From contig CANJVR010000008.1 in assembly GCA_947478395.1 (NCBI GenBank), positions 1-64,000 on the forward strand: 64,000 nucleotides of DNA. The letters are read 5' to 3'. The stretch comes from Opitutia bacterium. Lineage in GTDB: Bacteria; Verrucomicrobiota; Verrucomicrobiia; Opitutales; Opitutaceae. The notes under the pieces are model-generated. The model did no database searches. It saw only the letters and a program-made list of their open reading frames with translations, and was not told the origin of the DNA. Below are positions 47,046-58,100 of this stretch, in pieces. Every line of letters begins with the position of its first letter. Within the stretch, counting starts at the first letter, position 1. The position numbers were made by a program, and so were the translations under genes.

Positions 47046-49529
47046 CTACGGCCTGATCGGCCCCGTGGCCAGCTTCAGTCGGAGCGGTGCGATCAGGGTG
47101 TCGTCCTTCGCGTAAAAAAGATCCTGGGGAAATACGCGGAGGCCCACCATCTCGGTGTAGGTGCCGGCGCCCTCGTTAGAATTGAGCTGGCGGCCGGCGA
47201 GGTATTGCAGGCGGAGGTTGCGGTCGCGGTTGATCTCGGCCGGGGCCAGCCACGCTTTCAAATCCGCGTACCGGCCGGTGTAGGACGAGAGCAGTCCGAC
47301 TGGCGTATCGAGATCGAGGCCGACCAGGGCATTGATGACGCGGGCGTGATCGGGCCGAGCCATCTTCGCGGTCAACGCAGCGACATCCACGCGCAACGGT
47401 TCGGCTTGTCCCAGCATGACGGTGTCGTAGCCGGAGCCATCGTCGTCGTTGCCCCAAATCGTGCCCTGGGGAAACACGGTGAAGAAGGTCGCTATTTCAC
47501 TCAGCACGACCGCGCGATCCGATTCGTAGAGCGGCACCCATTGCGTGACAAATCCGCCTGGATTGAGGTGCTGGCGGCAGAGCTCGAAATATTCCTGCGA
47601 GTAAAGCACGGCCGACCCTTTCACCCAGGGATGAATCGGATCGGACGTGATGATGTCGAAGTGCTCCTTCGTCGTGGCGATGAAATGGCGGGCGTCGTCG
47701 TAGACGATCTCGACGCGCGGATCGTGGACGACGTCATTATTTTCGATTTTGAAAAAGGTGGAAACCACCTGGGGAATCAGCGGTTCGATGTCGCAGATCA
47801 CGATGCGCTCGATGGAAGGATGGATTACAAACGAGCCGGCGGTGACGCCCGCTCCGCAGCCGACGATGAGAACGGATTTTGGATTCGGGTGCAGCAAGGC
47901 CGGGATGTGGCCGAGCATGCGCTGGAGCCGCATATCTTTTTCGATGCTGGACGCCTCCGTTTTTCCGCTGACGTGAAAGAAACGGGCGCCGCCGGGGTTT
48001 TCCGTAACGTTGACGGACGAATTCATGCCTTCGCCCAAAAACAAAGACTTGGCCCCGTAGTCGGTCGTGGCGATCTGCCGGCCATAGGCCACGAGCTGCC
48101 ACGGAATGCCCGAAACGACCGGTGCGAGCCCAACGATGACCGCGAATCCCGCGAGCGCCGCCGGCAAGCCGAATGCAAGACGTCGAAACAGGACCAGCGC
48201 CGCGCTGCCGAGCGAAACGGCGAGCAGGATCTGCTGGGTGTGTTGGGTCCCGAAATGTGGAATCAACCAGAGGCTGGCGCCGAGGGCGCCGGCAATGGCG
48301 CCGAGGGTGTTGGCGGCATAGGTGCGGCCGACCAGGCGCGCGGGATCCAGGCCCGGCTGCGCGAGGGCCGCGAGGGCGAGCGGAAAACTGGCGCCCCACA
48401 GCAAGGCCGAAGGCAGAATCGCGAACGCGCACCGGACGACGTCGTAGAGCGGTCGGGGCACCGCCGCCCATTGGTGGGTCACGATGCCGACTTTAAATTG
48501 GGCCCAGCGTCCCGCATTGGGCAGAAGTTCCGCTGGCCAGTACGGGAGTGAAACCGCGATGGCGTAAGCGGCCCACGCGATCCCAGCAACCTGCAGCAGC
48601 TGGCAAAGGCCCAACGCCACGCGCGGTCTTAATCGACTGCGTCCGATCGCCGCACCGGCGCTGCTGCCTAAGCCCAGCCCGACGAGAAACACCGCTAGGA
48701 TAATTGAAAACGTGTAGACCGTAGCTCCGAGCAACAGCGACAACGTCCGTGCCCAAACCACTTCCGCCGCCAGCGCGCAGAGTCCGGAGAGCGCGATCGA
48801 GACCAGCACCACCCGCGAGCCGGCCACCGGCTGGGAAATGGACTGGACCGCGGCGGTCTCGGACGGCGCTTCGTCCGGGGCTTTGCGATGAGGCGCCCGA
48901 CTTGCGAGGGCCAAGGCGAGGGCGGCGACCAGGAGATTGATCACCACGGCAAACCAGGTGGCGGTCGCCATATCGTAGGTGGGCAGCAGATAAAAACCGG
49001 CTAGGACACAGCCGGCGACGGCGCCGGCGGTATTGCCGCCGTAGAAATAACCAAGCCAGGAAACCCCGCGCGGCGTGGTCTCGATCCAGCGTGCCACCGC
49101 GGGGAGGGTAGCGCCCATCATGATCGTCGGTGGCAGCAGACAAATGGCGCAGACCAGCGCTCGCAGCGCGATGCCGGCGACACCGTGTCCGACGAGCGCG
49201 GTGTAGACCCGGCCCACGACCGGCATCGCGAACAAGACCACGAGGCCAGAAACGGCGATGCCAATTTCAAGTAACGCATACAGTCGCAGCGGGTGGCGCT
49301 GGGCGGAGATAAATCGGGGTAGAGCAAAACTACCGAGGCACATCCCGCCCATGAACGTGCCGAGCAGCACGGCCAGTGAAAACGCCGAGGAACCGATGAC
49401 CAGCTGCAGGAGTTGCAGCCACACGATCTCGTAGATCAGCGCCGCGCAGCCGCTGCCGACAAAGAGCAGAAGCAACAAAGGCAGGAAACGCGGCGAGTGT
49501 GATGGAGAAGATGCAGACGATGAAAACAT
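47046..49529 (-). CDS. Fused multi-TM/spermidine-synthase-like protein
   Basis: SGCAALIYEIVW duplicated TM module; VLIVGCGAGVT, DDARHF and DIITSDP. Confidence 0.85.
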   Translation of the reverse strand: MFSSSASSPSHSPRFLPLLLLLFVGSGCAALIYEIVWLQLLQLVIGSSAFSLAVLLGTFMGGMCLGSFALPRFISAQRHPLRLYALLEIGIAVSGLVVLFAMPVVGRVYTALVGHGVAGIALRALVCAICLLPPTIMMGATLPAVARWIETTPRGVSWLGYFYGGNTAGAVAGCVLAGFYLLPTYDMATATWFAVVINLLVAALALALASRAPHRKAPDEAPSETAAVQSISQPVAGSRVVLVSIALSGLCALAAEVVWARTLSLLLGATVYTFSIILAVFLVGLGLGSSAGAAIGRSRLRPRVALGLCQLLQVAGIAWAAYAIAVSLPYWPAELLPNAGRWAQFKVGIVTHQWAAVPRPLYDVVRCAFAILPSALLWGASFPLALAALAQPGLDPARLVGRTYAANTLGAIAGALGASLWLIPHFGTQHTQQILLAVSLGSAALVLFRRLAFGLPAALAGFAVIVGLAPVVSGIPWQLVAYGRQIATTDYGAKSLFLGEGMNSSVNVTENPGGARFFHVSGKTEASSIEKDMRLQRMLGHIPALLHPNPKSVLIVGCGAGVTAGSFVIHPSIERIVICDIEPLIPQVVSTFFKIENNDVVHDPRVEIVYDDARHFIATTKEHFDIITSDPIHPWVKGSAVLYSQEYFELCRQHLNPGGFVTQWVPLYESDRAVVLSEIATFFTVFPQGTIWGNDDDGSGYDTVMLGQAEPLRVDVAALTAKMARPDHARVINALVGLDLDTPVGLLSSYTGRYADLKAWLAPAEINRDRNLRLQYLAGRQLNSNEGAGTYTEMVGLRVFPQDLFYAKDDTLIAPLRLKLATGPIRP

Positions 49530-49774
49530 GCGGAGGGTGCGGGTGGGTCTTGAGGCGGCAGCGCAAAGGGGTACGGCACGACGGCGCGCCAGAGAATGAC
49601 ATGCTTACCTTCATGGGCCGCTTCGAAGTGGCGCAAGAAAAGATCGTGCCGCCCGGTCAGACGCACCGGCCGGGGAAGCGTTGTGCACATTGGTCAGTTG
49701 GATCCGACCGCACATCAATCGGACCGCTGTCCAAACGAAATTTATTTCTACGAACCCCGGAATTGTTCGGAGCC

Positions 49775-49797
49775 AATGTCACTTATTAAGTGACATT
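49775..49797. repeat. Short AT-cored palindrome, copy 2
   Basis: AATGTCACTTATTAAGTGACATT. Confidence 0.75.
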
Positions 49798-49928
49798 ACG
49801 GGGGGAAGATTCCCGCGAAATTCGGGGTGGTTTCTTCTGCTCCGAGGTCGAGCGTTGCGGTGGGCTGGGATAAGCACCTAAAACCTACCCGTCTTCGTCA
49901 CGCCTAGCGCCCGCCCCTCCCCACTACC

Positions 49929-51185
49929 ATGACTCTGAAAAAAATTACCCCGTTTCAATCTGCGCTGCTCGCCAGCCTGCTTTTACCGGTGTCGCTGACG
50001 TTCGGCGCCGACGCCACCGCCGCAGCGGCTCCGGCGGCTGCGACCGCGGTCAACGCTCCAACCTTGCCGCCGATCCCGGCCATGCTGGGCGTGCCGCATC
50101 CCGGCCCGGTGACGGACGCCCCTTATGCGCCCCAGCCGATTTTGTCGGGCGGGGTCGTAATTCCGCTTTTTCCGCCGGGCTCGCCTTATCTGAAGATGGA
50201 CCGCGTCCGCGAGGCTGAGAAGTACAACCTCGGCGGTGGCGGCCAAATTGGCTCCATCGTGAACATCCACAATCCCTCGATCGAATTTCATCCGGGCAAC
50301 CGTTCTCTTAATACCGGCGTGGTCATCATTGTCGTCGCAGGCGGCGGTCACAACACCTTGAACGTCGGCAGTGAAGGCGCGGACTTCGTCCCGTTCTTCG
50401 CCAGTTACGGGATCAATACGGTCATTCTGAGAAACCGGATGCGCGTGGATGGCTACAACGCGAAGACTGATTCCGTCTACGACGCCCAACAGGCGATCAA
50501 AATGGTCCGCGCCTACGCGAAAGAGTGGCGCCTCGATCCCAACCGGATCGGCATCATGGGATTTTCCGCCGGCGCCGAACTCGCGGCGCCCGCGGCGATC
50601 GACTGGGCGGCGTTCGATGCGAAAAACGATCTGCCGGAAAATCCCCTGGCGAAAATTTCTTCGCGGCCCGATTTCGTCGGTATCATTTATCCGGGCCCGA
50701 CCCCGTTCGCTCGCGGTGCCAACCCGCCAATTCCCAAGGACACCCCGCCTTCGTTTATTACCTGTGCTGGCTGGGGCGATAAAGGCCACGCGGTCTGGGC
50801 GAACGAATGGTTCACCGCCATGCTGAATGCCGGCATCCCCAATGTTGAAATGCACATCTATGCCCGCGGGCATCATCCGGGCGACCGCGTCACCGGAGAT
50901 GAGCCACCGTCCACCGGTGGCCTGACCAGCCGTGGTTTTATTGCGTATGGTTCATGGCCGGCGCGTTTCATCGAGTGGACGCGCGATCTCGGTTTTCTGA
51001 ACAAAACCGGCGTTGAAACCCAGGCGGCAAAAGACGTCCTCGCGAACGTGAATCGCGTCGACCTGCCGCGCGGCGGCGGGCGGCGCGGCGGGCCGGCTGG
51101 GCCGGCCGGGCCAGGCGCGCCGGTTGCTTCTCCGGTTGAATCGGTGGTACCCCCGGCGGCGGGCGCGCGACCAGCGACGCCCTGA
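49929..51185 (+). CDS. Exported alpha/beta hydrolase (carbohydrate esterase-like)
   Basis: Signal peptide; AGGGH, IGIMGFSAG nucleophile elbow, RPDF and EMHIYARGHH. Confidence 0.85.
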   Translation: MTLKKITPFQSALLASLLLPVSLTFGADATAAAAPAAATAVNAPTLPPIPAMLGVPHPGPVTDAPYAPQPILSGGVVIPLFPPGSPYLKMDRVREAEKYNLGGGGQIGSIVNIHNPSIEFHPGNRSLNTGVVIIVVAGGGHNTLNVGSEGADFVPFFASYGINTVILRNRMRVDGYNAKTDSVYDAQQAIKMVRAYAKEWRLDPNRIGIMGFSAGAELAAPAAIDWAAFDAKNDLPENPLAKISSRPDFVGIIYPGPTPFARGANPPIPKDTPPSFITCAGWGDKGHAVWANEWFTAMLNAGIPNVEMHIYARGHHPGDRVTGDEPPSTGGLTSRGFIAYGSWPARFIEWTRDLGFLNKTGVETQAAKDVLANVNRVDLPRGGGRRGGPAGPAGPGAPVASPVESVVPPAAGARPATP

Positions 51186-51320
51186 GGCAAATCTTGCGGA
51201 CCGGTTTTTCGGGGCTCGCTGGACCCAGATCCGGAAGGACGCAGGCGGATTGGGCGCCGCCGCCGCTGGCCGGCGGGCGTTTCTGTGATTGAAATTCGCC
51301 CGGCGACCGGCGCCGATCCG

Positions 51321-53477
51321 CTACAAACCGCCGGGGGCCGTTCCGGCCGGCGCGAGCCCGCGCCGCAGCAAGAGCGGTTTTAAGTCGAGTTCGCCGCCCG
51401 TGAAGTTTTTGAAAAGCGTCATCGCGTCCTCGCTACCACCACGCGAAAGCAGGACCTGACGGAAGCGATCGCCGTTCGCGCGCGTCAGACCGCCGTGCTG
51501 TTTGAACCACTCCACGCTGTCGGCATCGAGTACCTCACTCCAAATGTACGAGTAGTATCCGGCGGAATATCCGCCGGAAAAAATATGCTGGAAATAGGTG
51601 CTGCGATAACGCGGCGGCACGACGGCGTAATCGGCGCCGGCTTTTTTCAATGCGGTGGCTTCAAAAGCGGGCACGGCGGTGGCACTCGGAATTTCCCCCG
51701 GTTTGAGCTGATGCCACGCCTGGTCGAGGAGCATGGCGGCTAATAGCTCGGCCGTTTTGAAGCCCTGATTGAACCGGCTGGCGGCCTCGACCTTTTCGAC
51801 GAGCGCGAGCGGCATCGGTTCGCCGGTCTTATAATGCTTCGCGTAGTGCTTCAAAACTTCCGGCCAGGTCCGCCACATTTCGTTCACCTGCGACGGATAT
51901 TCGACGAAGTCGCGGGGGACGCGCGTGCCGCTGAATCGCGGATAGGTCACATTGGAAAACATGCCGTGCAACGCGTGCCCGAATTCGTGGAAGATCGTGC
52001 GCGTTTCATCCCACGTGAGCAGCGTGGGCTCGCCGGCGGTGGGCAGCGGGATGTTGAGATGGTTGGCAACAACCGATTGGGTCCCGAGCAGTTTCGACTG
52101 GGAAACGTAGGCGTTCATCCACGCTCCGCCGCGCTTCGAGGGCCGGGCGTAGTAGTCGCCGATAAAAATCGCGAGCGGTTTGCCGTCGGCATCGAACACG
52201 TCGAAAACGCGCACCGTCGGTTCGTAGACCGGCAGGTCGTGTCGTTCCTTGAACGTCAGTCCGTACAGTTTTTCCGCGGCGTAGAACACGCCGTCGATCA
52301 AAACGTGATTCAGTTCGAGATACGGCCGCAGCTGGGCCTCGTCGAATGCGTAGCGCGACTGGCGCAGTTTCTCGGCGTAGAAAGCGCGGTCCGCGGCGGT
52401 GATGGCGAAGCCACCGTGGTCGGCGTCGACGAGGGCCTGTTCGTCGGCCACTTCGCGACGGGCGTTGGCGACGGCCGGAACGGCGAGATCGGCCAGCAGT
52501 CGGTTGACGACAGCGACGCTGCCGGCGGTTTGCTCCTCGAGTTGGAAAGCGGCGTGGTGTTCGTAGCCGAGCAGTTGGGCGCGCTCGGCTCGCAGCCGTG
52601 CGATGTGGGCGACGGTGGCGGTCAGGTCGAAGGGCCCGCCGCGGCTGCCGCGGGCGAGGGCAGCGGCGAGCAGTTTTTCGCGCGTGGCCCGGTTTTGCAG
52701 TGACTCCAGTTGCGGCTGGCCGGAGGTATTTTGGAGTCGCAGCAGAAATTTTCCGTTCTGGCCGGCGGCTTTCGCGGCGGTGGCGGCCGCATCGATTTCT
52801 TTTTCGCTGAGACCGGCCAGTTCGGCGCGGGAGTCGATGATTGCGCCGGCCGCATTGGTTTCGTCGAGGAGCGCCTGGGAGAACTGCGTCGAAAGAGTGG
52901 CGAGCTCCGCGTTGATGGCCTTGAGCTTGGTTTTGTTCGGGTCGGAGAGACGGGCGCCGGCGCGGACGAAATCGGTTTGGTAGCGCCACAGTAGGCGGCT
53001 CGCTTCGGCGTCGAGACCGAGTGCGCCGCGCGCCTCGTACAGCGTTTGAACGCGGGCGAAGAGCGTTGGGTTGAGCAGAATGGCGTCGCGCTGCGCGGCG
53101 AACTTGGGCGCCATGTCGGCCTCGATTTTCTTGAGCTCAGGATTGGTATGCGCACCTGCGAGGCTGGAGAAAATAATTTCGGCCCGATTGCGGAGCGCGC
53201 CCGCTTTTTCGAGCGCGACGATCGTGTTTTCGAACGTGGGCGGCGCGGGATGGTTTGCGATGGCGTCGATTTCCTTGAGCTCGTCGGCGAGGCCTTGAGC
53301 AAACGCCGGGGCGAAGTGTTCCGTCTTGATCAGATCGAATCGCGGATAGTGAAACGGTAGTGAGCTCTCGACGAACAGGGGATTCGACGGCGTTTCGGCG
53401 GCGCGAACACGGGTGTTCGCGATTACGCAGAGCGCGGTGACGGCGATAACGGCGGCGCAGGGAATTTTTCTTGGCAT
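51321..53477 (-). CDS. dcp: M3 family metallopeptidase (peptidyl-dipeptidase Dcp-like)
   Basis: FHEFGHALH, KRGGAWM, RDFVEYPSQ and GYSAGYYSY.WSEVLDAD. Confidence 0.92.
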   Translation of the reverse strand: MPRKIPCAAVIAVTALCVIANTRVRAAETPSNPLFVESSLPFHYPRFDLIKTEHFAPAFAQGLADELKEIDAIANHPAPPTFENTIVALEKAGALRNRAEIIFSSLAGAHTNPELKKIEADMAPKFAAQRDAILLNPTLFARVQTLYEARGALGLDAEASRLLWRYQTDFVRAGARLSDPNKTKLKAINAELATLSTQFSQALLDETNAAGAIIDSRAELAGLSEKEIDAAATAAKAAGQNGKFLLRLQNTSGQPQLESLQNRATREKLLAAALARGSRGGPFDLTATVAHIARLRAERAQLLGYEHHAAFQLEEQTAGSVAVVNRLLADLAVPAVANARREVADEQALVDADHGGFAITAADRAFYAEKLRQSRYAFDEAQLRPYLELNHVLIDGVFYAAEKLYGLTFKERHDLPVYEPTVRVFDVFDADGKPLAIFIGDYYARPSKRGGAWMNAYVSQSKLLGTQSVVANHLNIPLPTAGEPTLLTWDETRTIFHEFGHALHGMFSNVTYPRFSGTRVPRDFVEYPSQVNEMWRTWPEVLKHYAKHYKTGEPMPLALVEKVEAASRFNQGFKTAELLAAMLLDQAWHQLKPGEIPSATAVPAFEATALKKAGADYAVVPPRYRSTYFQHIFSGGYSAGYYSYIWSEVLDADSVEWFKQHGGLTRANGDRFRQVLLSRGGSEDAMTLFKNFTGGELDLKPLLLRRGLAPAGTAPGGL

Positions 53478-53618
53478 GGCCGCAGCTTGCGGCCGATGCG
53501 GGCCGTGGCAAGGCGGTCGTGGGCGAACGCGCTCCGGCGTTGCGCGCCGACCCGCTCAAGAGGGAAATCGAACTAACGCAGTTTAAGTTTTTCCGGGGCC
53601 GTTTGATGTGGCTAGCCC

Positions 53619-53666
53619 GTAGCGGCAGGCGTCCTCATGACGGCAGGCAGGGACGCCTGCCGCTAC
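53619..53666. repeat. REP family A doublet with internal deletion
   Basis: GTAGCGGCAGGCGTCC-TCATGA-CGGCAGGCAGGGACGCCTGCCGCTAC. Confidence 0.85.
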
Positions 53667-53781
53667 GTCGCGAGCTACTACGCTTTCCGTTTCGACCAAT
53701 CGAGCGAACCCTCGACGGAGGAGAGACTCTGCAAATTCCACTCGTGGGGAGGGTGACCGCCGGGCGGGGTGTGTGCGGGAA

Positions 53782-55140
53782 CTACACCCCGGCCAGACGC
53801 GCGTCGGCGTCCCCGAAGCGTGGGAGCTGCACGCCCGCACGATCCATCAGCGAGAGATAGAGGCTGCAGAGTTTGCGGTTTTCGTTGCCCTTGTCCGTGT
53901 AGTCGAGCACCCGCCCGGTTTCCAACGTGCCGCCGAGGCCTCCGACCGTGACGAGCGGCACCTTGCTGTTGTCGTGCCGTGTGCCGGAAAACATGTTCGA
54001 GAGATACATGAGGCAGGTATTGTCCAGCACCGTGCCCTCGCCCTCGGGCATCGCGTCGAGGCGGCCGGCGAGATAAGCGAGATTGCTGACATAATATCGC
54101 GCGATGCGTTCGTAGTCCTCCGACTGGTCGTCGTGGGAAGCGCCGTGGTGCGCTTTTTTCACGTTGAGGAACGGATAAAGCAGACCGGAAATATCGCGGC
54201 ACAAAAGCAGCGAAACGACGCGTGTTTTATCGGTCTGAAACGCGAGCGCGACGATGTCGCACATGAGTTTCATATGCTCGCGAATGTCTTCGGGGAGACC
54301 GTTGTCCGGCCGCTTCATCGCGACCAAAGGCTGGCCCCGATTTTTCGCATTATCTTCCGCCTTGGCTTGATCGCCGCGCATGCGATCCACCCGCTTCTCC
54401 ACCTCGCGCACGCTGCTGAGATATTCGTCCAACTTTACATGATCGGCCGCGCTGATCTGGCGGGTGAGCCGGTCCGCGTCCTCTTTGACGCGATCGAGAA
54501 TGCTCTGCGAGCGGCGACTGCCGCGGTTTTCGAACAGACTGTCGAAAGCGAGCGACGGATAAACCTCCATTGGCACCGGCGAATCGGCGTTCTCCCATGA
54601 GATATGGGAGCCGTAGGCCATGGAGAAGTTTGTCTCATGGTAACCCGTGGTCGGCTGCTCGCATCCCAGAACCATGCTGGGCTGCATCGTCTCTTGCCCC
54701 AGCCGCGTGGCGAGCACCTGGTCCATGCTCACGCCACCGTGAAGCACCGCGCCCTTCATGAGTGGCATACCGGAAAGGAGATTCCCCGTCATGCCCGGAT
54801 GAATGCCGACCCCCGTGGCGAACTTGTTGTAGAGCCCGTTGATGACATTCAGTTTAGTTCGGAATGGCTCAAGTGGCGTGAGCGTTTTGCTGAGCTCCAT
54901 GTCCGCACCCGCACCCTTGGCCCACCAATGGTTCGGACTGATGCCGTTAGCTTGGAACAAGACTGCAAAGCGCTTCGGATAAGGATTGGGCGTGGCCGCT
55001 GTGGGCAAAGCCTCGCTGCCCCAAACCGGAAGCGACTCGAGCCACGGGAGCGACATCATCACGCCGGCGCCATGGAGAAATCTGCGCCGTGAGATTTGGT
55101 AACGGAGGACGTCGGGGGTATTTTGATTATTCGCGGACAT
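53782..55140 (-). CDS. DUF1552 (HxxSH) domain protein with Tat-like signal
   Basis: ISRRRFLHGAG...LPWLES, SMDQ, AFQTDKTRV, HHGASH and GTVLDN. Confidence 0.88.
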   Translation of the reverse strand: MSANNQNTPDVLRYQISRRRFLHGAGVMMSLPWLESLPVWGSEALPTAATPNPYPKRFAVLFQANGISPNHWWAKGAGADMELSKTLTPLEPFRTKLNVINGLYNKFATGVGIHPGMTGNLLSGMPLMKGAVLHGGVSMDQVLATRLGQETMQPSMVLGCEQPTTGYHETNFSMAYGSHISWENADSPVPMEVYPSLAFDSLFENRGSRRSQSILDRVKEDADRLTRQISAADHVKLDEYLSSVREVEKRVDRMRGDQAKAEDNAKNRGQPLVAMKRPDNGLPEDIREHMKLMCDIVALAFQTDKTRVVSLLLCRDISGLLYPFLNVKKAHHGASHDDQSEDYERIARYYVSNLAYLAGRLDAMPEGEGTVLDNTCLMYLSNMFSGTRHDNSKVPLVTVGGLGGTLETGRVLDYTDKGNENRKLCSLYLSLMDRAGVQLPRFGDADARLAGV

Positions 55141-58100
55141 AGTGGGTAACGGTGGCGAAGATTTCGGGGGTGCGTTTGGTTAAAAATTGCGGGCTCGTTA
55201 CGATGCTTTCCACGAGCGTGCTGAAACGATGGCCGTTGGCGGCGAGCTTGGAACGCATCTCGGCAATGAGCAGATCGTCGGATGGAAGCAACGTCCGCCC
55301 CAACGCGTAGGAGGTAAGTTTGCGGCTCAGGTTGTCGACGAAGTCGGCCTCCCGGGAGTCGTGCAGAAATGCCCGCAGGCCCGCGACGCCGCTGCGCTCG
55401 CTCCCGCCGGGAAACTGGGCCCGGGTGTCGACCGCACGGTCACCCAGATCCTTTTCCCTTCGCTCGCCGATGGGGCCGAACCCCTCGAAGACCAGGCCGA
55501 AGGAATCGAAGCGGGCGTGGCAGCTCGCGCAGGATTTATCCTCGCGGTGCCTGGCCAGCGCATCGCGCAAACTGAGGCCAACCATCTTGGATTCATCGGG
55601 GGGCAGCGCAGGGACATTGGGGGGCGGAGCCGGAATGCGTTCACCGAGGATGCGGCGCACGACCCAGTTGCCGCGCTTCACGGGACTCGTGCGCAATCCG
55701 GGTGAGTTGGCCGTGAGGAAAACCGCCATCGGCAGGAGACCGCCGCGATCGAATTTATCCGCATGATCCACGCGCACCCAATGATCGGGGGCGCCGGCGA
55801 CGGCGGGCATGCCGTAGTGTTGGGCGAGCCCGGGGTTCACGAAGGTATAATCGCCATAGATAAAATTCAGCACTGACTTGTCGCTTTGAACGAGATCGAG
55901 GGTGAAGCGCACGGGCTCCTCGAACATCGCTTCGCGCAGCTCATTCGTGAATGCCGGGAAACGCTCGCGATCGACCGTGTTGCTTTCCTCGAAGCGGCGG
56001 AAGTCGAGCCAGTTGCCGCCGAACTCAACGCTCAGGTGGCGAATGCGGTCGTCCTTGAGCATCCGGCGGGCTTGGGCGGCGAGAACCTTGGGTTGGTGCA
56101 GATCGCCCGCGGCCGCATGGGTCAGCAATTCGGCATCGGGCATCGTGGACCACAGAAAATAACTCAACCGGCTTGCGAGCGCATAATCCGATAGCGGCTC
56201 GGTTTCAGCCAACTGCGGCCGCGCCGGCGCCAAAGGTCCGAAGCTCCTAAAGAGAGATGCAAACCAGCCCTTTTTCGCCGGCGTGGCGGCGACCTGAGGC
56301 GGATTCGCCGATACGCCGAGATCGATGCGATAAAGAAAATTCGGCGACATCAAAACGCGGGCGATGCAGTCGCGCATCGCCTCTTCGTGATCGAGGCCGC
56401 CCTGTGCGCGCGCCTCATGATAGAAGGCCAGAATGCGCTCGCCTTCCGTGGGCGCGAGCGGCCGCCGATAGGCGCGAGCCGCAAAATTCTGCACCGCTGT
56501 GAGGTGGCTGACCTCGGCGGCGGTGTGGGCTGCGTCGAAATGCTGGATTTCAGCCGCGGTGCGTTGAAAGTGATCCTTGATCGCCGCCTGGACGGCCTCG
56601 TTCGCCTTCATTCGGATGGCCTTCGCGAGATAGAGCTCGCCGAGTTGTTTAACTTTAGCCGGCTCCGTCACGGATTTATCCTCGGAGCGGAAGGCAAAAA
56701 ATTCTTCTGAATTCAAAAAAGCCGAATCCGTGTGCTCATACCAAAGCTGGCCGGTGTAGGTCCGCTGCGGGATCGCCGCCACATAGAAGAAATCCTGCCA
56801 CATCGCATCGAGCTCGCGGCGCCCGGCATCACTGAGAATCAAATCGTACAACGGACCGTCGTCGCGGAAGTAGCCCGTCATACTGTGGTAGCCCGCGCTC
56901 AACAGGCGGCCCGAGAGAATTTTCTCGGCCTCCGGATTGGCGTAAACGCGCGCGCGCTCGCTAATGTAGAACGTGTCGGGAAACACGGAGGCAAAACGCG
57001 CGAAAGACGCCTCGTAGGCCGGGCGCTGCGCCGGATCGGCCGGAATGACGAGCTCGGGCTCCGGCACCCGCGTGCGGGACGCCGCCATTTTGTAGGTCGC
57101 GGACGTGGCCGCGTTCGGGTTGACGGGGACCGGGCGACGCGGACCGCTTCCACCCGCGGTCGGGGCGCTGCCCGCCGTTGCAGTTGGTTGCACCACGGGT
57201 TCACCTGCGACCTGTAAGGCCGTCGGATCGTAGCGCCGGCGGTTCGCTGCCATCTCGCGGTTTTTCCAGAGAACGAACACGGGCGAGCCATCGATGATGC
57301 CAGGTGAACGCATGTTCGCGATGTCGGGAATGATCTGGTCGCGCAGCTTCATCACATAATTGCGCATCATCTCGCAGCCGGCGCGCAAAGCGGGATCGGA
57401 CGGTGACGTCGCAGCCGGTAGCGCGCGCCACATCGCTTGGAGCTTGGCGACGGGCCCGACCTTTTCCGGCGCCTCCGCGAGGAACGACCACACCATCGCG
57501 AGATATTGCGGTGCGAGTTTCGATTCAGCGGCGATGGTGGTGAGCGTGGCCTTTGGCTGGTTCAGCGCGGTGCGATTTTGGAAACGCCAGGCCGCTTGAA
57601 AGTAGTCGGCGAAATCGGTCGGCTGCCGTTGATAGAAATCGATAATTTTCTGGGTGAAATACAGGTCGCGGTCTGTGTCGGCGAGGACGGGGTTGGGCGC
57701 GAAGTCGATGCCGTCGAGTTTCAGGACCAAGTGCTCCGCGACTTTCTGCGCGGCACCGAGGTATTTTTTCAACAGGGCAGGTGACATCGCCAGGGATTCT
57801 CCCGTGTTGTCGAAGCCGGCCTGATTAGCGGGATCGACCGGAAATTCCTTGGTGGGCCGGAGGTCGGCGCCGGTCAGATCGCGAATCGTGTAATCATACT
57901 CGGCGTTGCTGAGCCGCCGGGCGAGAACGGGACCGGGGTCGCCGGCGTGCTTGGACGCTTCATTTTTTCGCAGCTCGCGGATCCACGTCACGACTTCCTG
58001 GCGCTGTTTGTCCGACGGAAATTTCTTCGCCTTCTCCGCCGGCATCTCGCCGGCTTCGACCCGTTCGAGAATGAGATTCCAGTGATCGAAATCGCGGAGC

